From positions 29,049-93,048 of the forward strand of contig DATKIP010000012.1 in the NCBI GenBank assembly GCA_035544015.1: DNA of 64,000 bases, written 5' to 3'. Below are positions 1 to 11,829 of this stretch, in pieces. A program made the position numbers and the translations under genes. The notes under the pieces are model-generated. The model was not told where the DNA came from. It made no database searches and saw nothing but the letters and a program-made list of their open reading frames with translations. Numbering within the stretch: position 1 is the first letter of the stretch; each line of letters begins with the position of its first letter. Source of the DNA: Candidatus Saccharimonadia bacterium (GTDB lineage: Bacteria > Patescibacteriota > Saccharimonadia > UBA4664).

Positions 1-1717
1 GCAATGACGGTCCAATCGCCGTAGTCGAGGTGTACTTGGGAATCACATTGGCCGAGCCGCCCGACGTCGACACGCTGCCACCCACGCCCACGCAGTTGCC
101 GGCCGTGGTACACACGTCGTAGGTACCGGCCGCCGCCGTCTGCAGCTGGTAGGTCACGTTGGCCGTGGGCGCCGCAAACGTCAGCTGCGCCACATTGGCG
201 CCATTCGTTTCCGTAATCGTCGTGTTCGAGCCCTGCAGCGTCAGCGATTGGGTGGTCGAGCCTACCGTCAGCGCCGACGATGGCGTGATCGCATTCGTAT
301 TTATCCCCGCAAACGTCGGACTCGCTCCCGTATTGATATTCTGAATAGTGTTTACCGCCCCTGCAGCAGCCGAAAAGTTCGTGGCGCTGAAGCTCGCGAT
401 GCCCTTCGCCGCCGTCGTCGCATCGTTGATCGTCACCGTTCCGCCGGCGCCGCTCGCGTTGGCCACCGTCACCGCTCCCGATTGGCCGTTCACGCTCGTC
501 ACCGCGCCGCCGCCCGGGCAAGCTTGGAAGCTCGGTGCACCCACGTTCGAGATCAAGCACAGCCCAGCACCCCCAGCCACCACCGGGTTCACCGCGCCGG
601 CACCATTGCCCACCAGCACGCCACCAAGCGTCAAAGTGTTCAATCCCGTGCCGCCGTTGGACACATTCAGCGCACTCGTCAACGACAACGCCGCAAACGT
701 CGGACTGCTTGATACCGAAATATTCTGAATCGTGTTCACCACGCCGCTCGCCACGCTGAAGTTGGCCGCATTAAAGCTCGCGATGCCCTTGGCACCGGTG
801 GTGGCGTCGTCGATCGTCACCGTCGTCCCCACGCCGCTCGAATTCGCCAGCGTCAGTGCACCCGTGAGGCCGTCGAGCGAGGCCACCGCCGCACCGCCGC
901 CCGCGCAAGCCCCCCACGTGGCGCCGCCCACGGTCGAAATCAAGCACAATCCCGCCCCGCCCGAAGTCGCCACGCCCAGCGCGCCCGCGCCCTGACCGTA
1001 CAACACCCCGCCGGCCGGCACGTTCGTCAGGCCCGTACCGCCTTGAGGCACTGGCAAGGCGGTGCCCAGCGTCAGGCTCGCGATCGTGGTGGCGCCCAAA
1101 TTCGAACTACCCGTCACCGTCACATTCGCCGCCGACAGTCCACCCGCAGCATCCACCGTCCCCGTAAACGTATTCGCCGCGGTAAACGTATTGGCGGCGT
1201 TGCGCAGCGCCGCATTCGGATTGCCCGCCGCGGCCGCTAGCCCCGCGTAGTACGATCCCGGCTGGCCATTGAGCAATGCCGCATTCACATTCGTCAGCTG
1301 CGAGCCATTGCCCACAAAATTCGCCGCCTGCACGTTGCCCCCAAAAGTACCGTTGCCGCCCACCGCCAGGTTCACCTGCACTTGCACGTCACCCGTCACC
1401 TGAATCGCCTTGGCCAGCAAGGTCCCAATGTCGGCCTGCAGCGCTGTCAGACCGCTCGCATCAATCTGCGTGGGACCCAGCGTGTTTTTGTCACCCAACG
1501 CCGCCTTCTCAGCCGCCGTCACCCCCGGTTGCGGCGAAGGTGTGGGCGTCGCCTGCACGCCTCCCGGCTGGTTGCCGATGATGTTCACCATCGCGTACCC
1601 GACCGCGCTCAGCAGCACCAAAATCACCACCACAACTACCAATCCACGCCAGGGATAATTGCGACGCGGTGGTTTCAATTCACTTTGGCCAACAACGGGC
1701 GAAACCGGCGCTGACAT
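1..1717 (-). CDS. Large repetitive cell-surface protein, partial (C-terminus runs off the left window edge). N-terminal TM anchor, then tandem ~125-aa Gly/Ala/Thr/Asn-rich repeats.
   Basis: Minus-strand frame starting at ATG 1717 is open to the window edge. It encodes MSAPVSPVV...WRGLVVVVVILVLLSAVGYA (TM), then repeated units such as GLCLISNVGAPSFQACPGGGAVTSVNGQSGAVTVANASGAGGTVTINDATTAAKGIASFSATNFS..NTIQNI. The ORF track misses it because there is no stop in the window. The plus-strand ORFs 348..995 are its mirror image. Confidence 0.55.
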   Translation of the reverse strand, partial: MSAPVSPVVGQSELKPPRRNYPWRGLVVVVVILVLLSAVGYAMVNIIGNQPGGVQATPTPSPQPGVTAAEKAALGDKNTLGPTQIDASGLTALQADIGTLLAKAIQVTGDVQVQVNLAVGGNGTFGGNVQAANFVGNGSQLTNVNAALLNGQPGSYYAGLAAAAGNPNAALRNAANTFTAANTFTGTVDAAGGLSAANVTVTGSSNLGATTIASLTLGTALPVPQGGTGLTNVPAGGVLYGQGAGALGVATSGGAGLCLISTVGGATWGACAGGGAAVASLDGLTGALTLANSSGVGTTVTIDDATTGAKGIASFNAANFSVASGVVNTIQNISVSSSPTFAALSLTSALNVSNGGTGLNTLTLGGVLVGNGAGAVNPVVAGGAGLCLISNVGAPSFQACPGGGAVTSVNGQSGAVTVANASGAGGTVTINDATTAAKGIASFSATNFSAAAGAVNTIQNINTGASPTFAGINTNAITPSSALTVGSTTQSLTLQGSNTTITETNGANVAQLTFAAPTANVTYQLQTAAAGTYDVCTTAGNCVGVGGSVSTSGGSANVIPKYTSTTAIGPSL

Positions 1718-1866
1718 ATTTGGTCTTTCTTCTGGATCCATCTCACCACTTACTGGTTACGCCTATTTTACTCCGTATCAAGCCTTAAACACAACCATTA
1801 TCAGGGCCGAAAAACGTCCTTCACCAAGCCATAAAAATTTTCTCTCACCTACGCCAAGGAGCGGCT

Positions 1867-3273
1867 CTACATTGCGATTTTATAGACATGCCACTGGAAA
1901 GGCGTAAAGGTGTCCGTAAACTTCCCGCCCGTAGCGGTGAGCGTGCGACTCTCGTTCGGCAGCTGCACCGTCGCATTGGTGAGCTTGTCCACCGTGAAGG
2001 TCGCACTGGTCGAGCCACTATTCACGTGCGTCTCGTCGCCGTCGGCGATCGCAAAGATGTACGCAAACCCGTTCAAATACTTCACCAGCGTCGTGACCTT
2101 GGTGGTATTACCACTCACCGTCACCGCATTGCCGCGCGTGGGACTGTTGAGCACCGCCGCATACGATTTCAGCCAGGTGTTCATCTGCGTGATCGCCGCG
2201 GTGCGCGGTGGATCGTGCAGGCACTTCGTATCCCAATCTCCTGCGCTCTGGTTGCCAAAGTCGTGGCAGAAGTAGATCAGCCCATTCGCCCCGTGAATGA
2301 TCCCCAGCCACGCATTCTGCTGGATCTGCAACGGCGTCGGCGCTGGCAAATTCCCACCCTGATCGCTCGGAGCGTTCACCTTCTCGGCCTCCACATAGTG
2401 CCACACCGGCTTAGCCGGCCCGCACGCCGCCCGCATCAGGTCAATGGTCTTGCCGTACACAAACTGGCCAGTCGGCCCATTGTACGCGTTCGCATAACCA
2501 AAGTTTTGCGGGTCCTGCGGACCATAAAAGTCCGCCGCCACCACATCCGGCACCGCACAATATTCCGACGGCTGGTGCCCATTGAGCCATATGTTGGCCT
2601 GCGGCTGCGGCAGCGACAATCCCTTGCCGTAGCCCACAAACACCGGCCGGCTGGTATCATGCACCCGAATGTCGTTCACCCAACCCTGAATATCAGCCGG
2701 ATCATAACCTTTCATCTCCGCTTCATCCGCCGGCTGGTAGCCCTGAATATGCGCGCCACCCGTCGCGTCGTTCATAATGTTAACCGCATCCGAGCCCTCA
2801 CCCGCAAACGCATAGCTATTGTGCGGCACCAAACCCTGCGTCACATAGTGCGAATACTGACCGCCAAAATCGTACAGCCCCACGTATGTATTAATGTTGG
2901 CCGCCTTCACATCATCGTCGTTCCAATACGGATCATTATCAAACACGCCGATCGGAAACCAATTCGGGTCCGTGCTCGGCCCATGGCTCCACTGCGCCCA
3001 ATAATTCGGCGAGAAGCTCGCCACCGCCACCCCCGGCGCGCCACCGCCACCAGTCGCCCCCGACCCAAATTGCACCGCCTGACCACCCGAGGCCCCCGAC
3101 GCCGTCACCACCGCAGCGCTGCCGCTGAGCGTGCCGTTCTCGGGCTCAAAGGCGCTAAACGTCCCCGCCGCAAAGATCGCTACCACCACCACGATCCCCG
3201 TGATAGTCAAAGCACCCATATAAATCGTCAACCGGCGGCGGGAAAAATTCTGGCGGTTCTTGATAAATCTCAT
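1867..3273 (-). CDS. Secreted/signal-anchored protein, possible glycoside hydrolase (468 aa)
   Basis: N-terminal hydrophobic anchor IVVVVAIFAAG, then a CBM-like motif FEPENGTLSG..ASGASGGQAVQFG, a Gly-rich linker, and a ~380-aa globular domain with conserved acidic/aromatic residues (VFDNDPYWNDDD, EAEKV). The antisense ORF 1888..3300 is Arg-rich junk. Confidence 0.6.
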   Translation of the reverse strand: MRFIKNRQNFSRRRLTIYMGALTITGIVVVVAIFAAGTFSAFEPENGTLSGSAAVVTASGASGGQAVQFGSGATGGGGAPGVAVASFSPNYWAQWSHGPSTDPNWFPIGVFDNDPYWNDDDVKAANINTYVGLYDFGGQYSHYVTQGLVPHNSYAFAGEGSDAVNIMNDATGGAHIQGYQPADEAEMKGYDPADIQGWVNDIRVHDTSRPVFVGYGKGLSLPQPQANIWLNGHQPSEYCAVPDVVAADFYGPQDPQNFGYANAYNGPTGQFVYGKTIDLMRAACGPAKPVWHYVEAEKVNAPSDQGGNLPAPTPLQIQQNAWLGIIHGANGLIYFCHDFGNQSAGDWDTKCLHDPPRTAAITQMNTWLKSYAAVLNSPTRGNAVTVSGNTTKVTTLVKYLNGFAYIFAIADGDETHVNSGSTSATFTVDKLTNATVQLPNESRTLTATGGKFTDTFTPFQWHVYKIAM

Positions 3274-3300
3274 ACGGACTCAGCGTCTCCTAACAATTAA

Positions 3301-4488
3301 TTACAGGCTTAAAGCACTGCCATTTTGGTTCACATTCCCACTCTGCACGCTCGGCGTACGGCCCACAAACACCGAGGTGGCATGGTTGGCAATAAACGTG
3401 TTATTCGTCACCACAAACGGGTTTGTGAACTTAGTCGTACTGTTCGTGGCCAAAATCATCGTCTGCGAGCGATCGAAGTAGTTATTATTGATCGTCCAGT
3501 CAGTAATCGTGGCACAACCCTCGCAGCCGCCATTGTCATTGTAAATACCGATGCCGTTTACTACATAGCTATTCCCCACCCGGATACCATCAAGGTAATT
3601 GTGCTGAATATTGATGTGGCTAGCCCGGAAGTTTCCGTTCAAAATATCGGTATGATCACTGCAGCAAGACCAGATATCGTGCAGGAAATTATCTTGGATC
3701 AAAGTCGTACCCTCATTGGATTCAATCTCAAACCCAATCAGCACGTTGGCGCCGTAGATATTGTTGCGCACAGCGGTAAACGGCACGTAGCTCAAAATAG
3801 CCTTGTCTGAGCCATAAGCCGTGCCGCCTGAGGCCAAAATCGGCGTGTTCGGCCCCAGCGTTGAGTCTTGGACGGTCACGAATGGCCCATCGTCTTGGAT
3901 AAACAATACGCGGCTGTCGTCGGGCGTGGGATTACTGCCATCACCGTAAAAACGGCTGTTCGTAAACTTCACATACTTGCCCCCAAGCGCCGAGCCGCCG
4001 CAGCCACATCCCAACGTAACTTTGCTCGTAAAGGTAACGCGGTCGACTAGGTAGGGATTGGCCTGGGTACCGGCGCCGGAGAAACCGTTGCTCGAAAACC
4101 ACGACGGATCATCAATACCGACGCCGCCCATAGTCCTCGTGGTGCTCACGAGCAGCCCCACATTGGAAGCGTTCGGCCAACCCGTGGGACCACCCCCCAC
4201 CGGTGTGGCCGTGGGAGTGGGAGCGGGCGTTGGGGTGGGAGTGGGAGTCGGCGTAGCACCCACTCCAAACTGCACTGCGTGCCCGCCCGACGCTCCCGAC
4301 GCCGTCACCACCGTCGCCCCGCCACTCAAGGTCCCGTTCTCGGGCTCGAAGGCACTAAACGTGCCGGCCGCGAATATCGCTACGACCACCACAATCCCCA
4401 CCACGGCCGTAAGTCCAGCAAACACCGACATCCGAACACGCGACAACCCGCGAAGAGGTTTTATGAGTTGCGAAACCTGGCGATTCAT
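3301..4488 (-). CDS. Secreted right-handed beta-helix (pectin/pectate-lyase fold) protein, 395 aa, with PT linker
   Basis: Same N-terminal module as the upstream paralog (IVVVVAIFAAGTFSAFEPENGTLSG..VQFG), a TPTPTPTPTPAPTPTATP linker, then parallel beta-helix-like repeats (NNIYGANVLIGFEIE.., HINIQHNYLDGIRVGNSYVVNGIGIYNDNGGCEGC, WTINNNYF). Confidence 0.6.
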   Translation of the reverse strand: MNRQVSQLIKPLRGLSRVRMSVFAGLTAVVGIVVVVAIFAAGTFSAFEPENGTLSGGATVVTASGASGGHAVQFGVGATPTPTPTPTPAPTPTATPVGGGPTGWPNASNVGLLVSTTRTMGGVGIDDPSWFSSNGFSGAGTQANPYLVDRVTFTSKVTLGCGCGGSALGGKYVKFTNSRFYGDGSNPTPDDSRVLFIQDDGPFVTVQDSTLGPNTPILASGGTAYGSDKAILSYVPFTAVRNNIYGANVLIGFEIESNEGTTLIQDNFLHDIWSCCSDHTDILNGNFRASHINIQHNYLDGIRVGNSYVVNGIGIYNDNGGCEGCATITDWTINNNYFDRSQTMILATNSTTKFTNPFVVTNNTFIANHATSVFVGRTPSVQSGNVNQNGSALSL

Positions 4489-4612
4489 ATGTAGCGGGCT
4501 CCCTTAAGATAATGGGGCTGGACTCAACATAATTATTCTTATGGTACCATAATTTCCCCACTGCAACACCAAAAGCTCCAAACACCAAAAGCCATCCAAG
4601 GGAATGGCTGAT

Positions 4613-4647
4613 CAAAACGCACAAAACTCCGCTTTCGCAGAGTTTTG
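4613..4647 (-). terminator. Intrinsic terminator downstream of 5S rRNA
   Basis: On the minus-strand RNA: a 10-bp stem (AAAACUCUGC/GCGGAGUUUU, one G.U pair) with a GAAA tetraloop, followed by GUGCGUUUUG. Confidence 0.5.
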
Positions 4648-4652
4648 TGATA

Positions 4653-4762
4653 ATCCGGCACCGTGCTACTTTCCCCCAGAGGAGTATCATCGCCGCAGCG
4701 GGTCTTAACTTTGGTGTTCGAGATGGGAACCAGTGTATCCCCCGCGCTAAAAGCACCGGTCT
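4653..4762 (-). rRNA. rrf: 5S ribosomal RNA
   Basis: The reverse complement reads ccggtgcttttagcgcggggg...ttcccatctcgaacaccaaagttaagacccgctgcggcgatgatactcctctgggggaaagtagcacggtgccgg. This matches the 5S consensus (CCCAUGCCGAACUCAGAAGUGAAAC region) and helix I closes as CCGGUGC/GUGCCGG. It lies about 160 nt downstream of the 23S 3-prime end. Confidence 0.85.
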
Positions 4763-4924
4763 GGCATACGTGCGAGGCCATAGGCGTGCACTGGATGCCG
4801 GATCGGCGCTCTTACGGGAGCGCCAGATGTGTCGAAGATGAATGGATTTTGCCTACTAGAGGCTACAAACTGCTAGTCAAACATTTACTCTCTCGTTAGC
4901 CAGAATTGCGTAAGGCTAAAGAGA

Positions 4925-8215
<3,291 letters not shown>

Positions 8216-8485
8216 CGGAACCATGTTTGACTAGCAGTTTGCAGCTGCTAGTCGCCATTTCTAGCCACCTCGGCGGTGGTTTCGAAAATGGTGAAATTGT
8301 TTGTATGATCTCACGTCTTGCGACGCTCGACCTTACCCATTCATCTTCGGTTTTCAAAAAAACTACTCCGCGAAACCCTTGCGATTCTGCGGAGCCCACA
8401 TGATAAAAGACAGTTGATAGTTCTAGTGGGTTTCTCCGCTTAAACCTAACTGTCTACTCATATGAGCCCTCGAAGTAACTCAATC

Positions 8486-8514
8486 AGATTATCAGATGCA
8501 ACGAGGCTGGTCAA
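8486..8514 (-). promoter_or_regulatory. Candidate sigma70-type promoter for the 23S-5S transcript
   Basis: On the minus strand: TTGACC (8514-8509), a 17-nt spacer, then TAATCT (8491-8486), about 270 nt upstream of the 23S 5-prime end. Weak -10, so low confidence. Confidence 0.3.
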
Positions 8515-8579
8515 GGGGTTTTTGCAAACAACCACAAATGGGGTGTTTATCGATAAATCAAGAGCAAATTTCACAAAAT

Positions 8580-8608
8580 TTGACCAAATTCAACAAAAAG
8601 GTCATAAT
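8580..8608 (+). promoter_or_regulatory. Near-consensus sigma70 promoter for the DUF4082 protein gene
   Basis: TTGACC (8580-8585), a 17-nt spacer, then CATAAT (8603-8608). The predicted TSS is about 8615, roughly 50 nt upstream of an AAGGAAGG RBS and ATG 8667. Confidence 0.4.
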
Positions 8609-8666
8609 TGCAGTAGTGCCGTCAACCCGACGGCGCGTTTCCACCTTGACAAAGGAAGGCCTGTCC

Positions 8667-11666
8667 ATGACGACGAACTCGTCAACACGACGGTCCTCCA
8701 GGGGGGCTCGTGCGGGGCGACGCTTTGCGGCGTTGTTAGTTCTCGCACTTGGCACTCTGGGGCTGTCCATCCCGGCTGCGCACGCGGCCACGACCGAGAC
8801 CATCTACACCGCCGCCAACGTCCCCACCACGGCCGGCTACCTGCCCGACACCGCCGCTGTGGAGGTGGGGGCCAAGGTCGTCCCGGCCACCACCGGAACC
8901 TTCGACGGTGGCCACTTCTACCACCTCGCCGACGCGACGGGGACCTACTACGTCCACCTGTGGACGAGCAGCGGAACCCTCCTCGCCACCGGCAGCGTGA
9001 CGGGACTCGCCAGCACCGGCTGGCAGACCGTCAACTTCACCACCCCCGGCGGCGCCCTGGCGCCCGTCAACGTCACGGCCGGCACCACTTACGTGGTGTC
9101 GTACCTCGCCCCGCATGGTCAATACGCCTATGATGGTCCCAGCAATCCTGGCAACCTCAACAGCGCCAAGACCAGCGCGGCCGGCGATCTGACCGAACCA
9201 GCCAGCGGCACCGTCGGCGGAAACGGGCTCTACAAGTACCCCACCGTCAGCGGCGCCACCAGCGCGTTCCCGGCCAACACCACCAGCGGCAGCAACTACT
9301 GGGTCGACCCGGTCTACACGCCGGGCGCCTCAGCTCCGCCGCCGCCACCCCCGTCGGGCACGCACGTGCACGCCGACGCCTGGCTGCCCACCACGCCGAA
9401 CGTCCACGACGCCAGCGCCGTGGCCACCGGCATGAAGTTCACCAGCAGTACCTCCGGGTACATCACCGGCCTGCGCTTCTACAAGGGCGCCGGCAACACC
9501 GGTGTGCACATCGGCTCGCTGTGGGCTACCAATGTTCAGCACTCGTTGCTGGCATCGGGCACCTACGTCGAAACCGCCTCCGGCTGGCAGGACTTGGTCC
9601 TGACCAACCCGGTGCCGATCGAGGCCGGCGTCACGTACATCGTGAGCAACTGGTCGGCAGGCGGCAACTACGCCTACGCGGCCGACCTCGGCAGCGGCAT
9701 GTCCAACCCGCCGCTGTCGGCACCGGCCGGCAACAACGGCGTCTACACCTACGCGGCCGCCGCCACGGTGCCCCTCAAGGGTACCGCCGATGGCGACTAC
9801 GGCGTCGACGTCACGTTCAGCACCACCGGCACGCAGTCCACCACCCAGCCCGCCCCGCGGACCGGCACAGTGGGCGCGGGCTCGGTGCTCGTGCTGACCG
9901 ACCCCACCAACGCGTGGACCGACGACGTCTGCGACGCACTGTTGCCCACCCAGGGCTACACCTGCACGCGCACCGACGCCGCCAACCTCACGACCGCCAG
10001 CGTGCTCACCCCGTACCACACCGTGGTTCTGGGTGACGGCGTGCTCCTCACGAGCGCGCAGATCACGTTGGTGAACAACTGGCTGACCGGAACGTCCGGC
10101 AACCACTTCATCGCGATGAGGCCGAAGGAGAACCTCAACACCCTGTTGGGGCTCGGCCCGCGCACGGGCATCCTGCCCGACGCGTACGTGGGCATCGACA
10201 CCACCCAAGCGCCCGGTCTCGGCAACGACCCCCAGCCGTTGCAGTACCACGGCGTGGCCGACAAGCACGCGCTCCTTTCGGGAACGCGCGCCGTCGCCAC
10301 CATCTGGAGCGACGCCAGCACCCCCACCACCTTCCCCGCGGTTACAGCGAGGCCGGTGGGAACGGGCGCCAGCCTCGCTTCGGCCTGGTTGTTCGACCTC
10401 AGCAAGTCCGTGGCCTACACCCGCTTCGGCAATCCAGCCCTGGTGGGCGCCACCGGCGTCTCGCAGCTCAACACCGCCACGGTCGTCCCGCGGCTCGTCG
10501 ACCGGTTCCAGGACTACCTCAACCCCAACAAGGTCGCGGTACCCCAGGCCGATCTGCAGCTGCGGCTCCTGGGCAACCAGATCCAGCAGACCGGGAAGTT
10601 CCCGGCGCCGAGCAAGTGGCTGTTCCCGTCGTATCCCGGCACTACCGGGCACGCGGGCGGCCGCATCGACGCCGCGGTCATCCTCACCGCCGATAACCAC
10701 TCCGGCGGGCCGATACGATACAACGACCTCGTCGCCAACCACAGCCCAGCCGGCTGCACGGTAGCGGCCTGGACGTGTGCTCGCGACACGACCTACCTCT
10801 ACCCGAACACCAGCATCACCGACGCGGCCCTCAAGACCGCGACCGACAACGGGGCCGAGATCGGTCCCCACATCGCCACGAGCAGCGGCAACTGCGCCCA
10901 GGCCACCAGCCTGGCCGACGCCACGTCGCTCGTGACCGCCACCATGGCCGGGCTGACGGCCCAGTACCCCCTCACCACGGGGGCCCACCCGCCCACCTCG
11001 ACCCGAACCCACTGCTACGCATGGCCGGGCACCGACTCGTACAACACCGCCGCCCAGGCGGAGCGAGCGAGCGGGCTCACCGCCGACACCAGCACCTCGT
11101 GCTGGCCGGCGGAGTACATCCCGACCACCGGACCGTGCAACCTCGGCAGTTCGGCGATCCCGATGCAATACACCGATGCGAACGGTGTGCTGTCCGGGGT
11201 GAATCAGTTCCTGACCCAGGTCACGGACGAGAACACCGGACAGATCGACAAGCTCGACGATCTGGTGGCAAACGCCACCGGTCCGCTGGGCTTCCGCGGG
11301 TACTTCACCGCCCTGGCCCACGAGGACGGCTGGCCCGAGTCCACCACGTTGTACAACAACGTGTGGGCAACGGCAGCCGCTGCCGACATCCCGGTGATCT
11401 CCGCGGCTCAGGCCCAGGCCTTCATGACGGCCCGGGCGGCGACGGGCGTGGCCAACCCCACGTACGCCGCTTCCACCATCAGCTTCGCGGTCGCGAACTC
11501 CGCGACCAACCTGCTGATGACACTCCCGGTGAAGTACGGCACCAAGACCCTCACCGGCATCAAGCGTGGCACCACCACGCTGCCGTTCTCGGTCCAGACC
11601 ATCGACGGCACCTCGGTCGCCCTCGTCGCCCCCGGCACGGGCACCATCACCGCCACCTACGCGTAG
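8667..11666 (+). CDS. Large secreted protein with two DUF4082-like domains (about 999 aa)
   Basis: Start ATG 8667 preceded by RBS aaggaagg. N-terminus MTTNSSTRRSSRGARAGRRFAALLVLALGTLGLSIPAAHAA is a signal peptide. Duplicated blocks ...FYHLADATGTYYVHLW.../...GMKFTSSTSGYITGLRFYKGAGNTGVHIGSLW...VTYIVS resemble DUF4082. Very high GC3 codon usage. The antisense ORF 9330..11747 is rejected. Confidence 0.7.
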   Translation: MTTNSSTRRSSRGARAGRRFAALLVLALGTLGLSIPAAHAATTETIYTAANVPTTAGYLPDTAAVEVGAKVVPATTGTFDGGHFYHLADATGTYYVHLWTSSGTLLATGSVTGLASTGWQTVNFTTPGGALAPVNVTAGTTYVVSYLAPHGQYAYDGPSNPGNLNSAKTSAAGDLTEPASGTVGGNGLYKYPTVSGATSAFPANTTSGSNYWVDPVYTPGASAPPPPPPSGTHVHADAWLPTTPNVHDASAVATGMKFTSSTSGYITGLRFYKGAGNTGVHIGSLWATNVQHSLLASGTYVETASGWQDLVLTNPVPIEAGVTYIVSNWSAGGNYAYAADLGSGMSNPPLSAPAGNNGVYTYAAAATVPLKGTADGDYGVDVTFSTTGTQSTTQPAPRTGTVGAGSVLVLTDPTNAWTDDVCDALLPTQGYTCTRTDAANLTTASVLTPYHTVVLGDGVLLTSAQITLVNNWLTGTSGNHFIAMRPKENLNTLLGLGPRTGILPDAYVGIDTTQAPGLGNDPQPLQYHGVADKHALLSGTRAVATIWSDASTPTTFPAVTARPVGTGASLASAWLFDLSKSVAYTRFGNPALVGATGVSQLNTATVVPRLVDRFQDYLNPNKVAVPQADLQLRLLGNQIQQTGKFPAPSKWLFPSYPGTTGHAGGRIDAAVILTADNHSGGPIRYNDLVANHSPAGCTVAAWTCARDTTYLYPNTSITDAALKTATDNGAEIGPHIATSSGNCAQATSLADATSLVTATMAGLTAQYPLTTGAHPPTSTRTHCYAWPGTDSYNTAAQAERASGLTADTSTSCWPAEYIPTTGPCNLGSSAIPMQYTDANGVLSGVNQFLTQVTDENTGQIDKLDDLVANATGPLGFRGYFTALAHEDGWPESTTLYNNVWATAAAADIPVISAAQAQAFMTARAATGVANPTYAASTISFAVANSATNLLMTLPVKYGTKTLTGIKRGTTTLPFSVQTIDGTSVALVAPGTGTITATYA

Positions 11667-11829
11667 GTGGCACCCCGCACTGCAGCCACGAACCTGTGGC
11701 CGCAGTGCGGCCGGCCCGTCCCTCGCACACCAGCGAGGGCGGGCCAACCCAAGCCATTATTGTCCACCCCAAAATCAATCTCAAAACTGCTAAAATCAAA
11801 CCAAATACGAACGTAAGGCGAACCACATC

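Noticed and set aside
348-995. Plus-strand repeat ORFs (348..728, 732..995) encoding similar peptides
   Set aside because: They reflect the tandem DNA repeats of the minus-strand surface-protein gene. The minus frame is continuous over 1.7 kb with a TM start, whereas these are short and fragmented.
1888-3300. 470-aa plus-strand ORF
   Set aside because: It is antisense to the signal-peptide-bearing 468-aa gene. The translation is Arg/His-rich low-complexity junk, typical of the mirror frame of GC-rich genes.
9330-11747. 805-aa minus-strand ORF, plus ORFs 10775..11833, 9521..10036 and 8736..9122
   Set aside because: They are antisense to, or in shadow frames of, the DUF4082 gene. Their composition (G/R/A/V runs) is non-protein-like.
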